64,000 nucleotides of DNA from an uncultured Chloroflexia bacterium. Its GTDB lineage: Bacteria > Chloroflexota > UBA6077 > JACCZL01. Both the position numbers and the translations under genes were made by a program. The stretch's first letter is position 1. The number at the start of each line of letters is the position of its first letter. The notes below the pieces were generated by a model. That model did not search any database, was not told where the DNA came from, and was given only the letters and a program-made list of their open reading frames with translations. This document shows positions 20,503 through 31,018 of this stretch, piece by piece. The stretch lies in NCBI GenBank assembly GCA_963765765.1, contig CAVXYC010000019.1:256001-320000 (forward strand), given 5' to 3'.

Positions 20503-21277
20503 TCAATCTAGGTGTTGATGTAGAAATTCCCGCGTCGTCTGCCATGACGCCTGGGCGGTTGCATAGCCTTCGGCGCTTGGATCATCGAGAAATGACCTCA
20601 GAAATCCGTGGCCGATGCCCGGGTAAATTTTGATCGTATGGTCCACGCTGTCGGCATCGAGACGACGCTTGAATTCCGCCCACGTTTCAGCGTCGTACAT
20701 CGGGTCTTGGTCACCCCAGTAACCCAGCAGGCGCGCGCAGCTCGGCGGTCATGTCCATGATGCGAGGAGGTGGAACAAGCGCTTTCCCCGGCTCGCCCAT
20801 GGGATAGCCGTAGTAACTCACGCTTGCGCCCAGTTTAGGCCAGAGTGCTCCCAGGGCGAGTGACAGCGTACCGCCCATGCAAAATCCAATGGCACCCTCA
20901 CGCCGACCGTCCACCTCGGGGAGTGATGACAGATGGTCAAGCGCGGAGCAGAGGTCTTGTACCACCTGCTGCTCGTCCAGTGAGGTGGCGCGGCGTGCTC
21001 GGCGGGACTCCGGCTCCGCATTGGCCAGTGGCGGCACACGGAAGAAGTAATCAACCGTGCAAGCCACGAATCCATCCTGCACCAGCATCCCGGCCAGGTG
21101 CTCGTAGAAACCCGCTCGCCCGAGCGCATCGCTGACGATGAGCACCGCGGGAGCAGGAGTTTGCTCGGGCAGTGCAAGGAACGACGGCATGCGGGCGCCG
21201 TCCTCGCAAGGAATTGGCTCCTCGCGGCTTCGGACCATCGGCGCGACCGGGCCCGCCGACACGGCTGAATGGCACAT
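20503..21277 (-). CDS. dienelactone hydrolase family protein; frameshift ~20730
   Basis: GFCMGG, SYYG, and YPGIGHGF in ORF 20503..20700. Confidence 0.88.
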
Positions 21278-21421
21278 CGACTGGACTCCTACCTTGCCTG
21301 AGGCCGTAGAGCGGGACTCTGTGTCCGGCGATTCTCTGGCGTCGATTTCAGACCCAGGACTCGCGGGCACGGACTCCCGCTCTATAAGCTGCGCGAATCT
21401 CCCTGAAGACTTAGCAGGAAA

Positions 21422-22627
21422 TCAGACGCCTAGCAGCCGCTTCATCATTTCGCGAGCATCGGGCGTGAACGTTTCGAGCGCGCTCACGCTGCCCAGGATC
21501 TCTTGCGGACTGCCGAATCCGGCAGTCAACTGCCGCTTCTCCATATCCGCGATGAACGCGGGATTCGTGGCAGCCTGACGCATCGCCGTCCGCAGGGTCT
21601 CCAGAATGGGCTCGGGTGTCTGCTTGTGCATCGCGTAGACGTTAGTGCCCTTGTTGTTCGCGTTTATGTTTTCCAGTACCGCTTTGTGGTCGGCGGTGAT
21701 CTGCTTCGTCTCCAGCACGTTCTTGAACCAGGGAAAGCGGCCCTCGGCCTGAAGCTTCTTCAAGGTCGCTGGTGCCTCCGCCCAGTAGAACAAGGGCGTA
21801 ATCAGGTCCTTCTCCAGCCAATCTGAGTTCTGCGCCAGGTCGATGTCGCGGCACGACGGCGTGGCTTCCACCTCGCCCTGGTTGAACGCTAGCGCCATCT
21901 GAGCCGTGCCAGCGTAGCCGGCCACCAGATCGATGGGGAACCCTGCTTCCTTCGTCCACTTCAGGAGCACGTCGTAGAGCGAGCCTCCGGTGAGCGCGGA
22001 CACTTTTATCGGCCGGTTTGACGCCAGGAACTCGTCGAGATTTCCAATGACTTTTTTCTGAGCGCACAAGGCGAGCTGGGTCGGAGATGAATCGGGCTTG
22101 CCCAGTATCGCGGCTTCTTTCTCAATAGCGAAGCCGTCGAGTCCGCCGCCCAGGCTTGACTTACTGAGCAACGTTGCGATGAACACAACCACGTTGAGCT
22201 CATCCGGACGCACGGGGCCCGAGAGCACGGTCTTGGCAGCCACCAGGCTGTCCGCGCCTGGCATGTTTTCAATGACGATCGTGGGCTTCCCGGGAATCGC
22301 TTCCTGGAGGTACGGCCCCAAGATACGAGCGGCGGTATCGAAGCCGCCGCCCGGGGCGTAGCCTACGATCAGGCGTATCGTCTTGCCCGAGAGATCCGCT
22401 GCCGCGGCGGCGGGTTTGGCCGCCTCGGCGGCTGGCTTCGCGGCCTCGGCCGGCTTGGCAGCCTCAGCTGCCGGCTTGGCCGCGGTGGGCGCCGCCGGTA
22501 CGTTCGTCGGCGCCGCCTTCGGGGCCGGCGCCGCGGGACTGCTGCATGCAGAGATAACCAATGTGGCTGCAAGGGCCACGAGACCATGGCGCATGGCTCG
22601 CCACCGGACGTCAACGGATCGTGTCAT
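21422..22627 (-). CDS. tctC: tripartite tricarboxylate transporter substrate-binding lipoprotein (TctC/Bug family)
   Basis: lipobox ISAC, AKPA-rich linker, GKTIRLIVGYAPGGGFDT, ENMPGA. Confidence 0.85.
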   Translation of the reverse strand: MTRSVDVRWRAMRHGLVALAATLVISACSSPAAPAPKAAPTNVPAAPTAAKPAAEAAKPAEAAKPAAEAAKPAAAAADLSGKTIRLIVGYAPGGGFDTAARILGPYLQEAIPGKPTIVIENMPGADSLVAAKTVLSGPVRPDELNVVVFIATLLSKSSLGGGLDGFAIEKEAAILGKPDSSPTQLALCAQKKVIGNLDEFLASNRPIKVSALTGGSLYDVLLKWTKEAGFPIDLVAGYAGTAQMALAFNQGEVEATPSCRDIDLAQNSDWLEKDLITPLFYWAEAPATLKKLQAEGRFPWFKNVLETKQITADHKAVLENINANNKGTNVYAMHKQTPEPILETLRTAMRQAATNPAFIADMEKRQLTAGFGSPQEILGSVSALETFTPDAREMMKRLLGV

Positions 22628-22648
22628 GGAGCCCTCCAGCCCACTTCG

Positions 22649-23725
22649 TTATTCGGGAACTGAACGTCCGCTCAGGCGGTGACCCAGGCGTGGTTCTCTG
22701 GCCCGGCCATAATTGGCGCGCCAGACTAGACGAATCCGAGCCATCGTCTCATCCGATAGGGGCGGGGCGCCACTATTGCCGACGGCCTCTTCTAGATGGC
22801 TCAGCTCCGAGTAACCGCCCAGGACGGTTGTCACCCCGGGTGTATCGAGGATGAAGCGGTAGGCCGCCTCGGAGACCTTGTGCACGCCCGGCTGGGACAG
22901 GAAGCCCATGGGGCGCGCCTGGTCCACCATCTCCTGGTACACCTCGGTCCGCCGCGACAGTCCGCCGCCCGCGTTCGGGTGGCGGGCGCCACCCCCGATC
23001 GCGTGCTCCGTCAGGGCGCCCCCACACAGCGGTCGAATGATCGCCACACCGGTGCCGACCGACTGGGCGTGCTGGATGACGTTGTCGTAGTAGTGACCCA
23101 CATTCATGCCCGGGATCCGTCCGTAGGCCGCTGTGGGGTTCAGCAGGTCGTACCAGACGTTGATCATCTTGAACTCGCGCGTATCCAGGAGCGTGCGCAT
23201 GGCGCGCGGATCGGCGTGCTCGCTGGCGAATCCGAAGTAGCGTACCTTGCCGGCGCGCCGACAGCGCTCGAGTCCTTCGAGAGCGCCCCTGGGTCCGAGA
23301 TAGTCCTTGTAGCCCAGGTAGATCCAGCCACTGACCGTTGGGTCCGTCTCCAGATGCGGTGGGTTGTGGATCTGGAGGAAATCAACCCAGTCCACGCCCA
23401 GGCGCCTAAGGCTGCCTTCCAGGCTGCGCTCCACGGCGCCAGCAACGTCGTCGAGATCATTGGGCATGACCTCGACCTTGGTCGTGATGATGGGCCGGAC
23501 GGTGAACTCGCGCATGAGCTTGCCGATGCTCTCTTCGGCGATGCCCACCTTGTCCCCGTAGTCGGGCGAGGTGTCCCAGTAGTTGATGCCCGCTTCCAGA
23601 GCTCGCTCGAAGCAGCGGTGCTGCTCATCCGCGTCGCCGCGGATGAGCACACCGGCATTGTCCCCTGTGCCGAAGCCGATCTCTGAGGCCATCAGACCTG
23701 TGTTTCCGATAGGTCGATACTTCAT
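22649..23725 (-). CDS. aldo/keto reductase
   Basis: IGFGT, GINYWDTSPDYG, TTKV, SLRRLGVDWVDFLQIH. Confidence 0.92.
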   Translation of the reverse strand: MKYRPIGNTGLMASEIGFGTGDNAGVLIRGDADEQHRCFERALEAGINYWDTSPDYGDKVGIAEESIGKLMREFTVRPIITTKVEVMPNDLDDVAGAVERSLEGSLRRLGVDWVDFLQIHNPPHLETDPTVSGWIYLGYKDYLGPRGALEGLERCRRAGKVRYFGFASEHADPRAMRTLLDTREFKMINVWYDLLNPTAAYGRIPGMNVGHYYDNVIQHAQSVGTGVAIIRPLCGGALTEHAIGGGARHPNAGGGLSRRTEVYQEMVDQARPMGFLSQPGVHKVSEAAYRFILDTPGVTTVLGGYSELSHLEEAVGNSGAPPLSDETMARIRLVWRANYGRAREPRLGHRLSGRSVPE

Positions 23726-24999
23726 CCGGCTGCCACCATCTCCGCGTCGGCCTCGCGCGCCGCACGCGCGGCCTTGTCCATCATCTCGTCAACTTCGTCC
23801 AGCCACGGGCAGTGCATGCCCGTGGTCACGGCCACCAGGCTGCCCTTCTTGAACGACTTCGGGTTGTGGTAATCGGGAATAGGCAGATCAATGCGCTCGT
23901 GGAGCTCGCGGATCGTGTTGATCGGGTCCTCACCGCGCTCCACGGCGTCTATCTGATCCATACACATCCGCCGCAACATGATGAGGCCCTTGTCCGACTC
24001 TCCGAGCCACTCCTTGGAGCGGTCCATGATGGCCCCCTGGAGTGGCCAGGCAAGAATGTCCTGGCCCAGCACATAGTCCGGCAGGTCCTCCATCGGGACG
24101 TCGAAGATTGGCACGTACTCCTGTGCTGGCTGCGGGTTCCACTTGCCCGGAAGGAACACCTGGTAGGAGAGATGCCAGGTATTCTCGTCGTCGATGGGCA
24201 CACGAATTTGCATCTCGTAGCGCCCAACGCTACCGATGAGCACGAAGGACGGAAAGACCAGTGGGTTACCTGTGACCCAGCCGTTGGACGTCTGGGGGTC
24301 TTCGCCATCGATCAACCGATATTTGCGGAAGCCATGCTCGAACGGCTCAAAGCGAATGTCCAGGTGGTGACGAACGAAGCGACGGACTTCGTTGATCTTG
24401 ATCGGGTCCGTGACGCCCTTGCGCTCGAGCACGTACTCCCACAAGTGACCGTGCAGATACTCGGTGTGCACGGTGTCCATCGAGTTCTCCATGCACTGGA
24501 GCCAGTTGCATGGGATCATCGTGGCGCCCACCTGTCGCCACGCGCCCTCTTCAACCAGCGGGAACCAGCGCGGAATCTCGGGAGCCGGTAGTGGGCCAAG
24601 ATATCCCCAGATCAGTCCACCGAGCTCTTGCACGGGGTACGAGTCTAGTCTGACGCGCTCCTTGAAGCGATGCTCAGGAGACTCCGCCGGTTGGTCGGTG
24701 CACTGGCCCGTGGCGTCATACGCCCAACCGTGGTATGGGCATTTGAGTCCATTTTCCGTGGGAATGCCACAACGAAGATCCACCAGCCGATGAGCGCAGC
24801 GCTGGCCGATGAGTCCCAGATTCCCTGAGCGGTCACGGTAGAGCGTCAAATCCTCACCGAGGATGCGAACGGGTTTGACCGGATTCGCGGCCAGCTCACC
24901 AGTCACGGCGATTGGTTGCCAATATCGGCGCTGAAGCTCACCCATGGGCGTTCCAGGGCCTACGCGAGTGATTCGTTCGTTCTCTTCTGGCCGTAGCAT
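23722..24999 (-). CDS. Rieske non-heme iron oxygenase alpha subunit, PDO/LigXa-like
   Basis: CAHR...CPYHGW; CNWLQCMENSMDTVHTEYLH; GQDILAW. Confidence 0.93.
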   Translation of the reverse strand: MLRPEENERITRVGPGTPMGELQRRYWQPIAVTGELAANPVKPVRILGEDLTLYRDRSGNLGLIGQRCAHRLVDLRCGIPTENGLKCPYHGWAYDATGQCTDQPAESPEHRFKERVRLDSYPVQELGGLIWGYLGPLPAPEIPRWFPLVEEGAWRQVGATMIPCNWLQCMENSMDTVHTEYLHGHLWEYVLERKGVTDPIKINEVRRFVRHHLDIRFEPFEHGFRKYRLIDGEDPQTSNGWVTGNPLVFPSFVLIGSVGRYEMQIRVPIDDENTWHLSYQVFLPGKWNPQPAQEYVPIFDVPMEDLPDYVLGQDILAWPLQGAIMDRSKEWLGESDKGLIMLRRMCMDQIDAVERGEDPINTIRELHERIDLPIPDYHNPKSFKKGSLVAVTTGMHCPWLDEVDEMMDKAARAAREADAEMVAAG

Positions 25000-25119
25000 G
25001 TGTCCCTCCTCGATGGGATGCGCTTCTCATTTACTGGATGCGCTTCGGACCCCGATCCTGAACGCAGTCCGTCCGGCTTACTCCGTTTCAGCGGCTCCAG
25101 ATTGTCGAGCAATGCACTC

Positions 25120-25148
25120 AGTATTCAAAGCGGTTGACGCGTTGTCAA
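25120..25148 (-). promoter_or_regulatory. sigma70-type promoter for the Rieske-AKR-tctC-DLH operon, with a TTGAC-N5-GTCAA palindrome over the -35
   Basis: minus strand TTGACA (25148-25143), 17 nt, AATACT (25125-25120). Confidence 0.55.
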
Positions 25149-25223
25149 TGAGGTGGCGATGCGCCTCGACACATCAACTCAAGTCGGAACGGCTTCTCAG
25201 CATGAGTCTCGGAGTATGGAGGT

Positions 25224-26432
25224 CTACGAACCAATAATCCGCTTGAGAAGCTCGCGAGCTGATGGAGTCATCTTTTCAACGTCCGCGGCGGTCTTTTCGA
25301 TGGTCTCTGGGCCCTCGAACCCTGCGGGGAGTTGGCGCCGCTCGATGTCGGCTTTGTACGCGGGATTCGACGCGGCCGTACGAAATCCGTCACGCATGAT
25401 CGCAAGTAACGGGGCGGGCGTTTGCTTATGCATCGCGTAGACATTGCTTCCAACGTTTGTGTCGTTCCAATTGTCCAGAACGGCCTTCTGGTCCGCAGTC
25501 ACTGGCTTAACCTCGAGGACGTGCTTGTACCAGGGATACTTCCCCTCGGCCTGCGCCTTTTTGAGGGTCTCGGCTGGTACGGCCCAGTAAAAGAGGGGTG
25601 TAATGAGGTCCTTTTCAAGCCAATCTGGGTTCTGAACCAAGTCGAAGTCACGACACGCCGGAACCGCGTCCACTTCACCCTGATTGAATGCCAGCACCAT
25701 TTGAGCGCCTGCCGGATAGCCAAAGATGGGTTGGATCGGATAGCCGACTTCCTGCGTCCAGCGGAGCATTACGTCGTAATTGGAGCTGCCCGTCAACCCG
25801 CCGACTTTAAGCGGGCTACTGCGCGCCAGGAATTCGTCGAGATTTCCCACTAGATTTTTCTTTGCGCATAGCCCGAGCGGAGAAGGCGCTCCGTCTGGCT
25901 TGCCGAGGTACGCCGACTCCTTTTCGATCGCAAATCCGTCGAGCCCCCCGCTCAGGATTGACTTGGTAATCAGCGTGGAGATATAGATCACCACGTTGAC
26001 CTCGTCACTCCGCCCCGGGCCTGAGAGGACGCTCTTGGCTGCTACGAGACTATCCGCTCCGGGCATGTTTTCGACGACGATCGTAGGGTGTCCGGGGAGC
26101 ACTTCCTGGAGATAAGGCACCAGGAGACGTGCATTGGTGTCGAAGCCGCCGCCAGCGGTGTACCCGACGATCAGTCGGACTGTCTTGCCTGCGAGGTCGA
26201 CGCCGCCGGGCGCCGCTGCTGTCGTCGCCGGGGCGGCCGGCTTGGCTGCATCGGGCTTTACCGACTGCGGCTTCGCTGCTTCGGGGGGTGCTGGTGCCGC
26301 CTTGGCCGAATCCGTGGGCTTCGGTGGCGCGGACGGTGCCGTACTCGTCGAGCAGCCCGCGAGCGCCAAGGTGAAAACGACAAGAGCGCTGCCCAGACGG
26401 AATTTGAGCCTCGAGCCTTCCGGAAACGTCAT
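25224..26432 (-). CDS. tctC: TctC/Bug family substrate-binding lipoprotein (paralog of 21422..22627)
   Basis: lipobox LAGC, GKTVRLIVGYTAGGGFDT, ENMPGADSLVAAK shared with the paralog. Confidence 0.85.
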   Translation of the reverse strand: MTFPEGSRLKFRLGSALVVFTLALAGCSTSTAPSAPPKPTDSAKAAPAPPEAAKPQSVKPDAAKPAAPATTAAAPGGVDLAGKTVRLIVGYTAGGGFDTNARLLVPYLQEVLPGHPTIVVENMPGADSLVAAKSVLSGPGRSDEVNVVIYISTLITKSILSGGLDGFAIEKESAYLGKPDGAPSPLGLCAKKNLVGNLDEFLARSSPLKVGGLTGSSNYDVMLRWTQEVGYPIQPIFGYPAGAQMVLAFNQGEVDAVPACRDFDLVQNPDWLEKDLITPLFYWAVPAETLKKAQAEGKYPWYKHVLEVKPVTADQKAVLDNWNDTNVGSNVYAMHKQTPAPLLAIMRDGFRTAASNPAYKADIERRQLPAGFEGPETIEKTAADVEKMTPSARELLKRIIGS

Positions 26433-26664
26433 AAAACTTTGCCTTTCGCCATGGTGGAGATCCGAGGCCAAGAATGCTAGTTACTTTAGTAACACATCTC
26501 GAGAAACACATCTCGGAATTGCCAGCGCGACCGAAGTCCCAGGCTGTGGCCTAAGCTGTCGAGCCGCTGCCCTTCCGAGTAAATGGGCGCTAGTGCCGTT
26601 CCCGGTGAAGTTCCCAGTGAGGCCATACTCGACAAGATGCGCCGGCCATCTTTCCGGGTCCCAG

Positions 26665-27156
26665 TTAACGCGGGCCTGTCGAGACCGCGCCGGGATCATA
26701 GGTGGACGTGGGATCTGCCGTTGGCACCTGGCCAGGCCCGCCGGCGTCGAAGAACTCGGTGCCAGCAGTCGCGGAAGTGGGCTGCGTGTAATTCACGCGA
26801 TGCATACGATCCACGTTAGGAATCGATGCTGTTACATGAAGGATTTCGAGTGGCTCCACACCCGCGTTCTCGAACCAGTACTTGCAGTCGTGCGGAATAA
26901 TGACGCCTTCAGATGGGCCGAGTTCCGCCAGCACCGTCTCGACGTCCGAGTAGAATCGAACCCGGCCGTGGAGAACGAAATAGACGCTATCAATGCCACC
27001 ATGGGAGTGCAGGTTTGTCTCCCCGCCGTTCGCTGCAACGACTTGCACATTGCCCGAGATTTGATCGGTCTTACCGAGTCGAACGATTCCTTTGGGTCGA
27101 GACACATCGGGCTTCTGGTAGCTGAACACCTGAGCCTGGGGCTCCTGAGCTGGCAT
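26665..27156 (-). CDS. cupin domain protein
   Basis: ETNLHSH...YFVLHGRVRF...GVIIPH..KYWFENAG; SD GAGGAG upstream. Confidence 0.8.
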   Translation of the reverse strand: MPAQEPQAQVFSYQKPDVSRPKGIVRLGKTDQISGNVQVVAANGGETNLHSHGGIDSVYFVLHGRVRFYSDVETVLAELGPSEGVIIPHDCKYWFENAGVEPLEILHVTASIPNVDRMHRVNYTQPTSATAGTEFFDAGGPGQVPTADPTSTYDPGAVSTGPR

Positions 27157-27250
27157 GCTAAGTCTCCTCTCGGTGAGCGCTGCGAACCGATTTGTTCTGA
27201 TTCCCTTTGCCGGCGCGGAGTAGGTCGCCAGATCGTCAACCATTCAGAAC

Positions 27251-27346
27251 AGTATCGATGGGTCCTCAGAGGTTGTCAATTGAGGCCCGTTGGTCCCTGG
27301 CGTGCGCCCGAGAATAATTGACAGTCGTGGGGCGATGCTGCGAAAG
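27251..27346. promoter_or_regulatory. back-to-back divergent sigma70 promoters
   Basis: minus strand TTGACA (27279-27274), 17 nt, GATACT (27256-27251); plus strand TTGACA at 27318-27323 with a weaker TGc-GAAAGT -10. Confidence 0.45.
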
Positions 27347-27512
27347 TTCGCACGGCGCCCGCGAGACATGCCATGCTACTTGCCAGAGGGCGCAGCGAAC
27401 TGCAATACAGAGAGAGCCTCACGACTCCAGCGGGCGAGAATCGCCTGTCGCTATGTCCGCGGTTTATTGGTTCGTGCTGATGACTGAAAGGGCACTGTAG
27501 GCCAGGACATAT

Positions 27513-29030
27513 ATGGAGCTCATGTACGTTGTCGACGCGTTTGTCGGCGGGTTCGTTCAGGTCTTTGCCTGGCCCACTATTGGCTACATGCTCGTTGGCA
27601 TCGCCATCGGCTTCGCGGTCGGCATCCTTCCCGGGCTGGGTGGCGCTGTCACGCTGGCTTTGATGCTGCCATTTACCTTCAAGATGGCGCCGGTGGACGC
27701 GTTCGCGTTCCTGCTCGGCATGCTGGCTGTCACGGCTACCACCGGCGACATTACCTCGGTGCTTTTCGGCGTCCCGGGCGAGGCGAGCAGTGCCGCGACG
27801 GTGCTGGATGGTCACGCCATGGCGAAAAAGGGCGAGGCGGGGCGCGCGCTGGGCGCGGCGCTGATGAGCTCGCTCGTTGGCGCAGTCTTCGGAGCGTTCA
27901 CCCTCGCGGCGTCGGTCCCGATCATTCGACCCCTGGTCCTTCAGTTCGCGTCCCCCGAGTTCTTCATGCTCACAATCCTGGGCATCACCTTTGTCTCAGC
28001 GCTGAGTAGTGGTCAGATCATGAAGGGGCTCATCATGAGCGGGGTCGGATTTGTCCTCGCCATGGTTGGACTGGATCCGCAAACGGGCGTTCAGCGCTAT
28101 ACGCTCGGCCAGATCACTCTGTGGGACGGGATCGGACTGGTGCCGATCGCAGTTGGACTTTTCGCCTTCCCTGAGATCGTCGCGATGGCAGTTTCGGGGA
28201 CGTCCATTGCCCATGGCGCCGTAGGCAAGATGGGCGGCGTGCGTGAAGGTGTCAAGGACACCTTTCGGCACTTTGGCCTGACGATCCGCTGCAGCATGAT
28301 CGGAACGTTCATCGGAATCATTCCGGGCCTGGGTGCTGCATTGACCCAGTGGATGGCCTACGCCCACGCGGTGCAGTCGTCGCCCAACAAGGAGCGATTT
28401 GGCAAAGGCGCCGTGGAGGGAGTTCTCGGACCTGGAGCTGCGAACAATTCCGGGCTGGGTGGCGGTCTCATACCTACGATCTGTTTCGGGGTGCCGGGTG
28501 GATTAACCATGGCCATTCTACTCGGTGCGTTCCTCATTCAAGGCATCACACCCGGGCCAAAGATGCTGACCGATAACCTCGGCCTCACGATGTCCTTTGT
28601 CTGGATCATCGTGATCTCAAACATCATTACGGTAAGCATCTGCTTCCTCTTCCTGGAGCAGATCGCTCGACTAACGTTTGCGCGTGTGGGGCTGCTTATC
28701 CCACCAATTATCTTGCTTGTCTATATCGGCGCCTTTGCCGAGAAGAACGCCATGCTGGACCTGGCGGTAACAATCGTGTTTGGTCTCGTCGGCCTGGTGA
28801 TGGTGCTTACCAATTGGCCGCGGGCGCCGCTGATCCTGGGACTGGTGCTCGGCAAGCTGGCTGAAAATTACCTCTTTCTCACCACTGCACGATACGCTCC
28901 CGGTGAGTGGCTGACTCGCCCGGTGGTCATCGTCCTCATTGCGCTCTGTGCGTTCGTGATCTGCCTGCCACTCATTCGGAAGCGTTTCGGGCGCGGCCCA
29001 CTGCCCATGGAGATGGCCAATGAGACGTGA
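27513..29030 (+). CDS. tctA: tripartite tricarboxylate transporter large permease TctA
   Basis: GILPGLGG, GVPGE..SAATVLDGHAMA..GEAGRAL, GPGAANNS, GITPGP. Confidence 0.93.
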   Translation: MELMYVVDAFVGGFVQVFAWPTIGYMLVGIAIGFAVGILPGLGGAVTLALMLPFTFKMAPVDAFAFLLGMLAVTATTGDITSVLFGVPGEASSAATVLDGHAMAKKGEAGRALGAALMSSLVGAVFGAFTLAASVPIIRPLVLQFASPEFFMLTILGITFVSALSSGQIMKGLIMSGVGFVLAMVGLDPQTGVQRYTLGQITLWDGIGLVPIAVGLFAFPEIVAMAVSGTSIAHGAVGKMGGVREGVKDTFRHFGLTIRCSMIGTFIGIIPGLGAALTQWMAYAHAVQSSPNKERFGKGAVEGVLGPGAANNSGLGGGLIPTICFGVPGGLTMAILLGAFLIQGITPGPKMLTDNLGLTMSFVWIIVISNIITVSICFLFLEQIARLTFARVGLLIPPIILLVYIGAFAEKNAMLDLAVTIVFGLVGLVMVLTNWPRAPLILGLVLGKLAENYLFLTTARYAPGEWLTRPVVIVLIALCAFVICLPLIRKRFGRGPLPMEMANET

Positions 29031-29493
29031 TTACTTCGACCTCGGGTTCACGCTGCTGTTACTTGCGTTGATCGGCTGGACCACGTTTGAAGCGCGTCAA
29101 TGGGACACACGCGCGCGTCTATTTCCGTGGGCCGCCGGAATACCCGTGTTGGTGTTGTTGGTTATCCAGCTTGTTCGTCAGGTTCGAACCATGGTGACGT
29201 CTCCAGATGGCGCGGCCCTCTTCGTTGATGCAAACGTTGAGCCTCGCGTCGCGGCCCAGCGGACGCTCCAGATCGCGGGATGGATCCTTGGTTTCGCGGC
29301 ATTCATCTGGGCCATGGGATTTAGTATCGGAGGAACCCTGGCCACGTTGGTGTACTTGAAGACATCCTCAGGCGAGAAGTGGCCCATCAGCATTGCCATC
29401 ACGGTCGGTGTCGGTGCGTTCTTCTGGCTGTTGAGCACGCAATTGCACGTGCCATTCCCGCGTGGATTCATCGTGGATCAGTTGCCCATCTAA
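29020..29493 (+). CDS. tctB: TctB small membrane subunit
   Basis: ARLFPW, four TM helices, terminal LHVPFPRG; overlaps tctA. Confidence 0.85.
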   Translation: MRRDYFDLGFTLLLLALIGWTTFEARQWDTRARLFPWAAGIPVLVLLVIQLVRQVRTMVTSPDGAALFVDANVEPRVAAQRTLQIAGWILGFAAFIWAMGFSIGGTLATLVYLKTSSGEKWPISIAITVGVGAFFWLLSTQLHVPFPRGFIVDQLPI

Positions 29494-29650
29494 CTATGAT
29501 TTCAGGCGACATAACCGACGCAAGCTATCGCGACACGTCGATCGGGAGGAGATGTTAGGAGCCGCTGTCCGACGGGCGCCGAGAAGGAAGCCGATTCGAG
29601 AAGCATTCGGCTTCGCTACAGGGCGCTAGAGTAGAGAGTAGGAGCGATCA

Positions 29651-30896
29651 ATGTTGTTCGCGAGATCCATGGGGATCACACTTGCAAGCCTTCTTGCCGG
29701 AATGACCGTCATCCTGGCCGCGTGCAGTAGCGGTAGTTCGACGCCAGCAAAGCCGACTGCCGCTCCGGCAGCGCCGCCGACCACGGCGCCCGCTGCGAAG
29801 CCAACGGACGCGCCAAAGACCGAGGCGGCGAAGCCCGCTCCGACAACGGCAGCGGCCGCTGCGAAGCCCGCTGTGGACAATGCCAAGATTGCTGAGCAGT
29901 TCGGTGGCAAGACCATCGATCTCTATATTGGCTACGCGCCCGGCGGTGGTTACGACATTCGTGGCCGAATCTTCGCTGAGTTCTTCAGCAAGCACATGCC
30001 CGGAAATCCAAAAATGGCGATTCAGAACATGGCCGGCGGTGGTGGACTGCAAGCCACGCGTCACGTCATGCGTGCCAAGCCAGGACGGCCTGTCGATGGT
30101 CACCATTCCATCAGGGATTTTCCTCCTGGACCTCCTCGGCGAGAAGCAAGAAGGGTTCGATCGCAAGCAGCCGCTGATGTTGGGCAACTATGAGGTTGCC
30201 GCCGACGCCTATACGCCCCTCTGGGTTCGCACTGAGCTCGGCACAAGCTGGGACGAAGTGGTCAAACGCGGACAGCAGCTCAAGTACGGCGCGCCGGCCG
30301 TGGGCAACAGTCAGGCACTGGCTGGCGAATGGCTCAGCATTGTGGGCGCGCCGGTCAAGGTGGTCTACGGATACGGCGGAAGCAACGAGCTTCTCGCGGC
30401 GATGGACCGAAAAGAAGTGGACTTGATGGCGGTGGACGATCTGGCCGAGGACGTTGAAGCGTCACTGCCTCGATCCAAGCAGGCCTTCCCCGAGTGGTTC
30501 ACTACCAATCCCAAGTACATCACGCCGCTTCTGGCCACCCGAACTCCGATTCCTCAGGCTTGGGCAACTCCTTTTGGTTGGACAACCCCGCCGCAGATTC
30601 TTGACGCGGTGCAATCCACCGAGCTGCAGAAAGACGCGTACAAGCTGGCATTCGCGGTACGCGAAGCGGTCGATCCACTCTCGCTGCCACCGGGCGTGCC
30701 GGATGACGTGTTCAAAGCGCTGCAGCAGGCAATGATCGACACCTGCAATGACCCGGAATTCAAGAAGGCGATGAAGGATCGTAGCTTCGACGGTGGCTAC
30801 CGCTCCCCTGAGGAGATTCAGACAACGCTTGATAGGCTCGCTGAGTCACCGAAGGAAGTGGTGGACATCCTGCGCCGCATGTACATCGGGAATTGA
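29651..30896 (+). CDS. tctC: TctC/Bug family substrate-binding lipoprotein; frameshift ~30078
   Basis: lipobox LAAC, GKTIDLYIGYAPGGGYD, QNMAGGGG, continues in ORF 29880..30896. Confidence 0.85.
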
Positions 30897-30999
30897 TGAA
30901 GTCATGAGTGCTGAGTTGACATTGGAGATGCGTCGACTGAGGCAGCTTGTGGAGTCAAGCGACTGCTTGCTCATCACTCATCACTCATCACTCATCACT
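30894..30999. repeat. inverted heptamer tandem-repeat array (CTCATCA/CTCAGCA/CTCATGA)
   Basis: tgatgaagtcatgagtgctgagt ... (ctcatca)x4. Confidence 0.8.
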
Positions 31000-31018
31000 G
31001 CGACCGAGGAGGTCGCTG

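Noticed and set aside
26134-27321. 395-aa plus-strand ORF
   Set aside because: Antisense shadow of tctC and the cupin gene with no motifs; the same applies to 10808..11737, 15380..16327 and 22796..23686
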